From Paragordius varius (Eukaryota; Animalia; Nematomorpha), in contig OZ176053.1 in assembly GCA_964247055.1 (NCBI GenBank), positions 9,858,001 through 9,922,000 on the forward strand: a DNA stretch of 64,000 nucleotides, given 5' to 3'. The notes below the pieces were generated by a model, which saw only the letters and a list, made by a program, of their open reading frames with translations, had not been told where the DNA came from and searched no databases. Shown one piece after another: positions 28,201 to 40,000 of the stretch. Position 1 is the first letter of the stretch, and every line of letters starts with the position of its first letter. The position numbers and the translations under genes are program-made.

Positions 28201-31200
28201 CATGCGGACGAATCTGAACAACCCTTTTCACCCCTAAAATTGAGTGGGCCAACTTGGCGCACCGTTAAAAATTGTTTCAAAATGCTGTATCCTGGTCACT
28301 GTTTAGGTAATAATGTATATGATTCATATACTACCTATATCACGGATACTAGTACACCTACAATTAACTTTAGAACTGAATCATGTCGTCATGTGCAAAA
28401 TAATTATAATGACATTGCCACTCATCATATAATCACATGTGACGATTGCGGCTTGCATGGCTGCCCCCACATCACCAAATCTTCTCCCATTGTTATTATA
28501 AAGCAAAAACTTAGTTTGAGTACCTCAAATTATAACTCTGTAACGATGGCGTACAATAATAACACATCTCAATCAAATTTTTCATTTTCGAATCTTGATA
28601 ATTTTGTTTCTTCTAATGCATGTCAACGGATAAAAACAAAATATTATAATTTGCCTCCTAAATTTTGTCGGTTTCACGCCTTTTTTCTCTATACAAAATG
28701 TTTTTTAAATAATCTCCTAATCTGTGTGATATGTTTATGGAAGTTTATTTGTGTGAAATTTGTTTTCTCTCTTTTAATTGTTTTGCAACATTCCATTCGC
28801 CTCTTAAATTTAATCCGTAAAATTGTTTTCTTCAAAGGTTTTGGTCCACTCTGTATCATAATACACCTTTCAATCAGGTGATGAATGAATCAATGCTTTA
28901 TTTGAAGCCTTTGTAAACTGCTCAATTATAATTTTAAAATGCAGAAAATTTACAGTAATTGGATAATGGTTAGCTAAATCATCTTAGTCATAAAGGAGAA
29001 GGGTGTTTTACCTTTGAGATTTTTTCTCTATATATAATAGAATAAGCATAATTTTTTAGAATATCATTATAACAAAATTTATAGGTAAGTAACATTCCTC
29101 TTTTAAACACCTCAAAAATATATTTTTTTTTCAGTTCTTTAATGAATGATGTTAAAACAAGACAAGACCATTTTTTTCATCTTTTGATGCCTTTCTCTAT
29201 GTGATACCCTAATTCCAACGAATTAATCGAAATTTCTTGAAGCAATCAACACAAATTGATATATCTATCTTGTTTTATATAAAACTTTATTATATTTATA
29301 TACATAAATGAATTCATTAATGGTTTTTAATTATTTTTATGAGTTGACTAAAATAGGGACTGCGTATACAGGCCCTTTATTTCGCTCAACTATATAATGT
29401 TGTCAAGAAGATTCGAACCTTTAACTATCTTATTTTAACTATCTTTATTTTATAATATATATTATTAATAATAATAACATGTACAAATTTATTGCAAAGT
29501 AAAAAATAAATTATTTATTAATATCCTCATAGTTGTAGATTGGTAAATATTATTAAATAAAACTAATTTCCATAGGTATGATTTGAGGAGTAAAAAATGG
29601 CTAAAATTATAAATTATGATACTTACTCGCAAACTAAATAAAAATTATTTTGCAACAACACTCTTTAATAATAATAATAATAATAACAATTATCTAGTGT
29701 GTGATGATTCGTATGCCTTGTATGAGGGTATGTGCCTTAAAGAATGTCCTCCAAGCCTTTACAAATCGCTTATCATGATGCCACCCATAGTTATTCCCTC
29801 CTCCAGTTACAAGCGTGGTTCTGAATCACGCCCTAGCATTTCGTCCCAACATCAACGATCCATACAATCCGTGCAAAAACGGATGACTCAAGATTTTGAC
29901 TCTACCGGGTTGCTCAAACATTCGCTCTCGTCTTCACAGCTCTCTCTACATGACATTATAACTGGTTTGTACAAGAAGTCACTTAAACAACTTAATAACT
30001 CTAATTCCAACGATAATAATAATAATAATGCTGATTCGACAGAAACTACTGTGAATAAAGGTGCTATCAGCACCCTGTCACAACGAAATAAGAAAGTCAT
30101 TAAAAATATGTATTCGCTTGTATGTAAAAGTTGTCATCGAACCTGTAAACGGTGTAACGAAGGTGGTCGTACTCATTGCCTTGAATGCCACGATGGTTTT
30201 TACCTTTCTAAGCTATATTCGGGTGGTATTGAAAGCCCCAACAATAATAATAACAACGTTCGCGTTGCTTCAAAGGGTGGTGCCATATGTCGTTCGTGTC
30301 ACATTAGTTGTCGGACTTGTGATAAAGGTCCGGAAGAGAATATGTGTACCTCCTGTCCACGGACAAACCCTACACCCCCTTTTCCGGTTCTTACGGCGGA
30401 TGGCAGGTGTGTTATGCCGCATAATCGTGACCATATACGGTCCGAAGAAGGCGTCATTGCCCAAAATCCAAGTCAGGATTCCTCTTCACATGCCATTTCA
30501 ATTTTGTTTAACAAAGGCAGTAATAATCTTCCGTCTTTTCATATGAATGGCGCAAAAATGCCTTACGGTAAGCACCATGGAAGTAAAACTATTTTAGTCG
30601 TCGCGGCTGTCTTTATGCTAGTTGCATTTTTTCTAGCCTTTTTCGTTGTCTCCAAATCTATGCGAGTCTCCACCAGGCCCAACACACAAACAATTCGTAA
30701 TTATAATGTAGAATTTGGTAATGGCTCAGCTGATGGGATTCCCTTGCAACACGAAATGGGTAATTACATTTTTTAGTAAATTTAACCATATTTGTATTGA
30801 GACAAGTTTTTTTTTTATTTTTTAGAAACTGTCGAATTGAAAAGTAAAATCTCCTATGATCCATCGTTTTCTAGTAAAACACCTAAAGCATCCATGTTAT
30901 ACGAAATTGATCATACAAATCAACGAGATTACGTTACGAAATTTGTCAAAAATTTAAAGCCCCCATTTTACAAATCTATAAATTTTATGAAACCGTTGCA
31001 TAACAAGCTAAACATGTTACGTAACACAACACCCATACAATGTAACAAATATTATCAGGCCGTACCCTTAAATCCCCCTGAGGATGAACACATATCAGCT
31101 CAATCTAACCCGTCTTACCTTGTCACAGAAGACAATGATGAGGACTACGATACAAACTTAGATTTTAATATTCATAGGAATAAAAACGCACCCCTAAAAA

Positions 31201-31328
31201 ATGATATTCTCAATAATTCTTCACAATACGATATTGTATTTGATAGATCGCATAAACCATATCGTACGAAAAACACCAATTCCATACCAAAATCTAACGG
31301 AGCGTTTGAACATGTTTCGTTGACATGA
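20265..31328 (+). CDS. FURIN: Furin-like proprotein convertase (S8 prodomain, subtilisin-like catalytic domain, P domain, Cys-rich repeats, TM, cytosolic tail)
   Basis: Exons 20265-21269, 21549-21638, 21766-21894, 22925-23053, 23414-23490, 23760-23848, 24406-24578, 25008-25197, 26066-26131, 26210-26318, 26632-26883, 27209-27372, 27481-27627, 28016-(donor unresolved, ~28.5-28.9 kb), 29698-30759, 30826-31328. Prodomain cleavage RVKR; catalytic [22 protein letters not shown]; oxyanion Asn in WASGNGG (PC2 has Asp there); CxxCHxTC repeats; [22 protein letters not shown]; tail with YDPSF and acidic EDNDEDYD. Exact paralogue (furin-1/furin-2/PC5-like) uncertain. Confidence 0.9.
24120..24331. mobile_element. 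Small intronic hAT-like MITE candidate
   Basis: CAGGGTT...AACCTG imperfect termini and repeated GAACCG/GGAACC motifs inside furin intron 23849-24405. Confidence 0.35.
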
Positions 31329-33929
31329 TTTTCTTTGCCCGTTTATCTTGTAGTATTTTAGCACACGTAACATCTTTTCGCATTGGCATTTAATAGTTGA
31401 TTAGGGCAATAAAATTTATAGAAACAAAAATGTGCTGTATATGTTTGGTTGGGGTTTTGCTAGTCTCTTTACTTTACCCCCTTTTAATTCCGCATGCGCA
31501 ATATACATTATTCTTCATATTTAATAATAAGAATATAATATGCTTCTTATAATATATACAAATAATTGATTAATATATTATAATAAAAATTATTTTGATA
31601 ATATACAAACGAGTATCTTATTTGACATATATAAATTTATAAAAATATATTTATTATTTACAAATTTCAAACTGTACTGTATGTCTGGACAACCTATTGG
31701 GTCCGGATAATGTATTATGGAATGTTTGTAAATGTAATTCCATAAAATAAATTATATACTATTAAAATCCCCAATATCTTTTATGTTGTAAATAGTATAA
31801 AAATCAATTTTATCCTTTCATAATTCTAACACTGTAAGATCTCGTTTATTACTTTATTTGGTATGTAATCGGTGATTTTTCCGCTTAAAGTTATTGGATA
31901 TTATGTTTAATCGCAAGATTTGATATAAGAGTTTAACATGGCATCATGTACAGGCAATAGACAATATTCCTTTTCACCTGAAGGGATTTATTGGTTGTTA
32001 GCAAATAGTCTTTTTAAAAGTATAATGTTTGATTGCAAAAACGGTAAAAAATTTTCAGCATGCTAAATTAAAACACTTTTTCTCTCAAAATTTGTAACTA
32101 AATTTACCAAATCAAAATATAAATTATAATTACATTATAGAGAGATGTGGTAAAATTGATAATCCATATATATAATTTTACATCTATTAAACTATTTATT
32201 AAAAAACTCTGTATAAAGGGATAAGATATTGAAATTATGAGCATCTAAATTCCGTTTCTAAAAAGAGTGAACCAACTATTTTATAATAATGTACATATTA
32301 TATCCCTCTTTTGAGCGGTCTATTCGTAATGGATTCCGTCAGAGAACAGTTTAATTAATGTATTACGAAATGCACAGATCTCATTTTATCTTATTTGGCA
32401 AAGATAAATGAAAATCACTTTAAACCAAATTTGGAATTATTGGTTCGCATCTTCTATAAAAACCATGAGATATATGACAAAAAGGATTTAATTACAATGG
32501 ACCTGGTGGAAAACCTTGAATCTTTTGCATCATATAAACAATATGATACGTAACTGCAAATTGTTTCGAACATATTAATAAACTAAAAGCAGATTATCGT
32601 TATCAACTGCATCATACGACGAAACTATCCATTTTTTTTAACTTGAAAATATTATATATACATTGTTAAATGATATATTAATACCGATAAAACTTATGCT
32701 GGAATAAGAGTTATCAATATAAGAAATGTGTATATAATATTCTAAATATCAGCCATTACCAAATAATATTACGGCAAAATTTATATTCTGATGTAAAATG
32801 TATCAGAATTCACTGCCTATATTGGAGTCAAATAATTTAACAAAGTTTTCATAATTTTTCATTAATACTTAAAATGTGAAGAGTCAAAAATTAATATGAC
32901 ACCCAAATCCAATGGGAAAAAAAGTAATTTAAATTATATATGATTTCAAAATGAATCAAACATTTTAAAATTATTATATTTATGACTCATATTTTATTTT
33001 TATTTGCTAATATCAGAGCGTTTAAGAAAAAATGTATTTAGCAGATTAGATATGAGGGTCTCCCAATTATAAATATTTATAATAATATAATACGCCATAG
33101 AATGCACATTTTTAATTTGGCCCAATATCATAGATACTTCACTCTATAATAACAAAGGTAAAAAAGTGTAAGTTAAATTAAAACAACAAATAATGTTAGT
33201 ATTTAACTATGTTAGATCGAAAAGTTTCAGTTAAGCTAATAAGCATCCCTAAAATAATAGTTCATATGAAAGATTTTATTTCAAAGGAAATGCCTGCTTC
33301 AACATTTGCAGGGAAATCAATTTTGATTGTAATGAAATCATCAGTTTGATTCACGATAGTTGATGTAACATTGGAAGTATTTAATATTTTTTAGACCATG
33401 GAGTATAAACAATTTTAAATATAATATTTCAAAATTCCTGCCTTTAAATCCAAAGGATAATTCAAAAGAATAATTTAAATGAGGCTTTGATGTGAATGGG
33501 CGCGATTGTCTTTCAATCTTTCATGTATATTTGAGTGACTACCTTTTCCACAAAAAATAAAATTAGATATTTATATCAAATAAAATATGTTTGTTGATAA
33601 AATGTTGATCTTAAATGATACATTACAAAATTGGGCTTCAGTTATGAGCTTAAATTCTACCATTTCGATCAATATCATAATATTACTTATCACATCTTCT
33701 TTGGGGCATACATACATTCTAATCCTTATATGTTTTAAATATGAAAAAATTTCCATTATTTATAAAATTATGCCTAACTTACCCTCAAATAAACTAAAGC
33801 TTTTCTGTGAAGGATTATAATCAAAGGCAAGACTAATTATTTAAAACCTACTGCTTTTGGCTCCTATAACTTATGTGGATAATTGAAAAAACTCGGTTTT
33901 TGCTTTTAGTACGCTATTTGATTCAGCGT

Positions 33930-34900
33930 TGATTTCGAATATTGAACTGATAGTCGGCGCACCTATCACGAAGCTGTGCATATGCAAAAATCCCATTATG
34001 GGATATTTGTTTTAGATGTTTCATTGATCCATTTAAGTTATATTTTTTTCTATCCAATTTCGCTGTTTTGCAACATCTTCGAAATCACTAAGTTGCTCTG
34101 CGAAGTATTAGTCAGATGGCGCTAGGTCAGGAGAGTTTAGTCGTTGCAGAAAATTCCTTTGATAAAGCGATTTTAAGGTGTTACACTAGTTTTGCTGTGC
34201 GAGACGAAACATCGCCATGTTTTCTGGTTCATTTCGACAGTTTTTCGATAAATGCATAATTTTAAATAGCTATTTTTAGCACTACTGTTATGTTTTCCTG
34301 GTTTTAAAAGTTTATAATGAAAAATGCAGCTCTGGTTCCACAAGCTACAGAGTGTGGTTTTCTTACTTAAACGATTTTTCCTTGTAGTGGATCAAACGGC
34401 TTGAAAAGAAGAAAACCGCGATTTTTCCGCTTTGTATATACAAACAAAATCATTAATAATCAACCGTCCCAATTCGATGCAAAAATTATTTCATTTATGA
34501 GGTTGAAGCAGGATTTCGCAATTGCGACTTTCAATTTGACGTTCATTTAAATTGTGTGAACCCATTTAATGAGGTTGCGTAGATTTCCGTTGATTGATTT
34601 TTAACTGTAATGCTACCAATTATTGTTAAGTTTGAGTTGATTAGCGTCAGATGCGTGTTCACCAGAGCGCCTACATTCTTTCACATGAAATCCCAAATAA
34701 TTTCGAAACCATGTTTTACGTGTATTAATCGAGAATGCATGTATTTTTCTACCCGCAGAGGTTAACCAACGGCCTTTTTCTTCTGATGGCAATTACTGTC
34801 GCAAATTTTCCATTTCAGGCACAATATCGACTTGAATGCTAAAAATAAGTCGGTAGTTTTTGATCAACCCAACTTGGGTATGTTTGCCGTTTAATGTCAG
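33930..34900 (-). mobile_element. Decayed mariner (Tc1/mariner) transposase
   Basis: Minus-strand fragments, with stops and frameshifts, match mariner motifs: TRKTWFRN..RRSG...DANQLK (HTH), KWV-HNLNERQ (WVPHEL), LHRIGTVD (first catalytic D region), NSPDLAPSD (YSPDLAPSD). TIRs not resolved. Confidence 0.8.
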
Positions 34901-35522
34901 ACAAACGAATGGGACATGTATTAAACAAACTGCGTAATATTCTTTGACGTGTTACCTTAGTTAAATCGGTATAATTTATGATTACACCTGATAAACTAAC
35001 ATTTAAATTATGATAATAAATTTACATTAAGCAAGAAATTCAAATGATTATTATTTAAAATATTGGCAATTTTCACGAACCGAAGAATTTCGCGGCATGC
35101 GCGTTTTACCTCCCTATGAATAATTTATATTATAATGGTGTACTTTAATTAAACTGATAATTGTTAATTGAAGTAAAATTGTTAACAATGTAATTTTGTC
35201 TTTTTAAATTGAAGAGACCGGTAGGCAATTTTATATATTTTATATAATATTATATAGACAACGTGTTAATCATTTTTTTATTCCTATTTATATGAATAGG
35301 TTTGATATTTGGAAAGTTGTACAAAAATATAAACTAATATATCATACAAAAAATTAAAAAATCAAACAATGAAAAAATCAATTAGTCCCTTGTTTTGGAA
35401 TAATTGCATACGTTATATACCACTCATTTTGTATAAATATTATAATTATTTTTTGATAAAATTTCCTTTCAAAATAGTTACAACACTCTACTTAATTTAT
35501 ATTTATCAAATTGGTGGATGAA

Positions 35523-35889
35523 ATGTGCACTATTCAGCCATTAGTTTTTAAGGTAATAACAACCCAAAATACTTTTTTATGGATTTTACTAAATTTTAAA
35601 TAAATCAATTTTATCTTCTTAGTTGATACCACTACTTCTAATACTGACTCAATTGTTTCACGCTTCCCTGGGAAACAATAATGAAAGGGCGCTAGTTAAC
35701 GAATTTGAAGCAAACAATATGTTTGAAACATTTTCCACAAATGGCGAGGAGAAAAACCTTTTAAAACGCAGCAAGCGACAATATCGACATCGATATCATA
35801 GATATTGGAGAAACCGACATCATCATCACCATCATAATAGACATCACCATTATGGACGCTACTTTTTACCATTCTATAACTACTATTAA
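35523..35889 (+). CDS. Secreted His/Arg/Tyr-rich prepropeptide, 98 aa, 2 exons
   Basis: Exon 35523-35552 (MCTIQPLVFK|gtaata) joins phase-0 to ttcttag|35623-35889: hydrophobic signal LIPLLLILTQLFHASLG, acidic pro-segment, KRSKR site, then QYRHRYHRYWRNRHHHHHHNRHHHYGRYFLPFYNYY*. Confidence 0.8.
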
Positions 35890-37065
35890 ATGAAAATTAT
35901 GCTTAATTTTCTCAAATATTTAATAATTAGTGATTGATGGAAATATATTTTTCATTTTGCAATGAAATACATATTTTACCGTTCAGATCTTACGAAAAAT
36001 TTGTTTGTTATTAGATTAGATGACACATCTAATAAATAAAATAAATTTATGTTGTTATATTTACTTTCTTAAGTATGCCAATTTATTTAATATATATCAA
36101 TAGACAACACCGCTTTTTTTCATCAATGACATGATGAAATTTTGATATTATTCAATGTATAAGTTAACCAATTAATTACATTTTTTATTTATAAAAGCTA
36201 TATATCGTAAATATCTCTATTGATAAATCTTCTTGCTTGCATATAATAGCATTACCATATTTTATACTAAAGTTGACACCCTTCCGAACAACTAGTTATT
36301 TTTAAAATATTTTTTCGGTCCGCACATATTAGGTTAAATTAATACCACTTTATATTTTATATAAACTGTTCTACGTGTAATACCTTTTCACGACAAATTT
36401 CGTTAACACTAATCGATTTCGAACTTGACATATGTAAATGATTTGTGTTTACTAATATACGGAATCATGTAAATTTAACCAATGCTTAACTTTGTTCCTT
36501 ATCTTTTTAAAACTTAATATCATGCGTCTTAAGATTATCATACTCAGATTTATTATGTATAAATCAAATAAAAATTTACCATATTCATTTTGTGTTTCGT
36601 TATTGATGATGAAAATTCTGTAAAATTAGCATAGTCTTTAACTGTAATCAATATTTTATAGGTCCATTCCACATTAGATCCATTAAAATACGTATTTAAA
36701 GGAAAACGGTTGTTAATCTAATTTTTGCATATGCACAAAAAGCACTATATTAATTGCAAGCTGGCAAAATAAAACAACATTACAGCTTTCCTGTATCAGG
36801 CGACATTTTGGCACGGCAAAGCATTATTTTTTGATTATTCCCAAAAACCAAAATAAATGTATATATGGTAGAAAATTACAATACATTACATTATATTACA
36901 TTTATTAATTAAATAATTTTTATTTATGATTTTTTTGGAGAGTATTTTGGACATAAATATATTATTATACATCGATTAAAGCATTATTGCAACTCTACAT
37001 AAAAAGTTAAACAATAGATAAAAAACTCAGATGAGTTATTATAAATAAATATTTCGTATTTCTAG

Positions 37066-40000
37066 CTAATTGCTAAGCTCTTTCAAATCATGTAGGAATG
37101 CTTCGGGTGTAATTATATGGGTTGATCCTAAATATATGGTGTAATATATTTATGATTGAAAAAAAGCAAACTCATAATTATTTATATTATCGTTGATATT
37201 TGATTGTATAAAATATTAAATTTTCAATATTGAAATATTAGTACCAATAATTATTTAAACCACTCTAATCTCGTTTGCATACAAATTTTAATTTATAAAT
37301 TATTCCTGCAAAGTTATGAAAATTGGAGAAAGATTTTATTAAAATTTGGTCTAATTCAGGCAACTTTATTTATTTATTTATATATTATATATTAGCTATA
37401 CCATTAATATCGACATTAAAAATAATTAATAAAGTTAATTAATACCATTATGCAAAATAAAAAATCTTTTTATATAATATTTCTATATAAGGATAAAAAG
37501 ATATTATAAATTCCAATAAAAAGTCGTAAACCTAGAAATTTAAAGTTGGTCAGTCAGTCCTTTTATTAAACCATAAATATTTATGAGCCTTTCAAGGTTA
37601 ATTGTATCTATTTATTTAAAGTCCGTATTTCACATCCATAATCATTTATTAGCTTATATAAAAGAAAGTCAAATTTCTAATAATAAAATTTAAATTGATT
37701 ATCATAAGGTTTTGCTTTGGAACTTGAAGGTATAATATGTATTACCTATCAAAACTTCCCAATTCTTAACTGCCAAGGTTACTTCATAAGCGGTTCGCAT
37801 TTCAGAAAAAGTTAATCCTCCCATAACAAAAACTATCAATCGAGGTACGGATCGATAAGAAGGGGTAGGTCCACCAACACCTTTTTCTTTGTGCCAATGA
37901 CCATACCTTGCACTAAATAATATAGAAATGATGAGATAAAGTTGTTTTACATCATCTATGTTAGCAATTATACTAAAAACTTATATTAAATTATGGCTTC
38001 AAATAGTTAAGATTTAGTCTTGAAGGGAAAATGATACGGACAAGATTTTGCAATGAATAAAAAACGCGCCTTTAAATAAAGCAACCGTCATTAAAAACTA
38101 ATTTAATTGGTAAATCATTGCGAAATTCTGGCTTTGCACCTAAATAATAATGATACCAGTATAAATATTCTACTATATTTCTTAATTCGTATATTTTAAA
38201 ACTTTATACCTTGTAGGGAAAGCCTTATTGTAGGAGGTTGGATTCCGTATTCCAAAATATGGAAACATGCGTGTATCCAATTTATCATCGATAGTATCCT
38301 ATTGAACAATAATATTTTATGATAAAAAAAACTTATTAATAAGCGCAAAATAGCGACAAATAATACATTTCGAAAATAAACTTAATTATATTACCCCCCC
38401 CCCCCCAACATGCAAATATATATATTTATTTTTAACATCAATTTAAAAAAATAATATTCTGTGAAATCAAAGTTATTTAAACCAAGATACTACCTCCATT
38501 ATATCCTTTATAACAGGCGTCCAACGAGACATTTGGTAAGTGTTTTCATTTATCCTTTCTTTTCTTGGATATGTCCACATTTTACTCCGTTTATTAACCT
38601 GATTTTTAAATATAAAAAAATTATTAGAGCATAAATGAAGTTATGACAAACCTATGCCTACTTATTTGCATTAGTCAACTCAAAAATTCTAACTATATAA
38701 TATTACCATATCCAATAATTTTATCGATCTATGTCAATTAAATATATTAGGGAGTAAAGTTTAGAAAATAATTAGATATGTAAAATGACAGTTAACCAGC
38801 CCTTTATATCGTGTATATACCCAATTTTCTAAAAACGTAGTTAGATCGATATTTAACCGCCCTATTATATATGCTACAAATTATACTTAAACTCTTGCAT
38901 TTGCGGTTTCTTACAAAAAACTTTAAATTACATGTTTTACGCCTAATCTTTTTAAATCTAACTTATATTAGCTTTCAAAACTAAGTGCGCTATATTATTG
39001 ATTAAACTGAAAAGTAGGCAAAAATTACATCAGTTATAATAGGTACGCCGAGCAATTGCATATTAATCATTGTCGCTTTTTCAGCTATGGGTACTTGGGC
39101 ATGTTGGATAAGTTTGGCCAAATTTTCATCCGTTATCCCTGATTGAGGCGGGCAAAACATAAAAAGATATATACACTATATTTATTTACTACCATTTTTA
39201 GTTTTAAAAAAAAGTTTTTTTTATAATAAAACAAAATTTTACACCTTATATAAATTTTTGCGAAATTTTGTGTTTTTATTTAAAATATAATGTTCCCTTT
39301 AAATACTAATACCATAAATTAGCACAATAATAAATTTTATTAAACGGTAAACTAGTCTTGATATAATTTCTTATGGCGTATTCTAAAATATAAAATAAAA
39401 AATTTAAATTACCATTTTTATTTAGAATGTATAGCAGTATAATGCGGATTTTATCATTCACACCCACGTTTTGGTCCAATAAAATAGGAACGATATTTTT
39501 CATATGGTCTTTGATGCGTTCACCTTCGGCATCAGTGCCCATTGCTAAGTCCTTTCGTAAACATATAAAATGTCTTAATCAATTATTATTCAATGGATTA
39601 ATATAATAAAACGGATATATCTGAATCAAATATATTATATTTTTAATTAAAAAGGATCATTATAAACCAAAGTATTTCTAAATAGATTAACTTCATATAC
39701 ATGAGTTGTGGATAAATTTTATGGGTAATATTCAAAAGTTGCTTACAAAATTTCAAAATAATTAAACACACATAGTTTATTACACTAATTAATAACTGTA
39801 AAAAAATATATTTGCATTGGACCCCTATAACATTGCCCAAGCTGAGTTTATTTAATAAATAGAGCTTATTAACAAGGCTCATGCTGATCATCCTGAACTT
39901 TTCCGATTTTAAATAATTTATATATTTGTTTAAAGAGTCATGATGCGTATAATTATATAGATTTTTCCGAATATCGGGGTTAACTGTATTTAGATTAGAA

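Noticed and set aside
29350-29430. B-box-like GGTTCGAATC on the minus strand (tRNA or SINE)
   Set aside because: No A-box or cloverleaf could be built around it.
28008-30546. Antisense and alternative-frame ORFs (28008-28280, 29888-30100, 30270-30464, 30061-30546)
   Set aside because: Shadows of the less AT-rich furin exons; no motifs or splice signals of their own.
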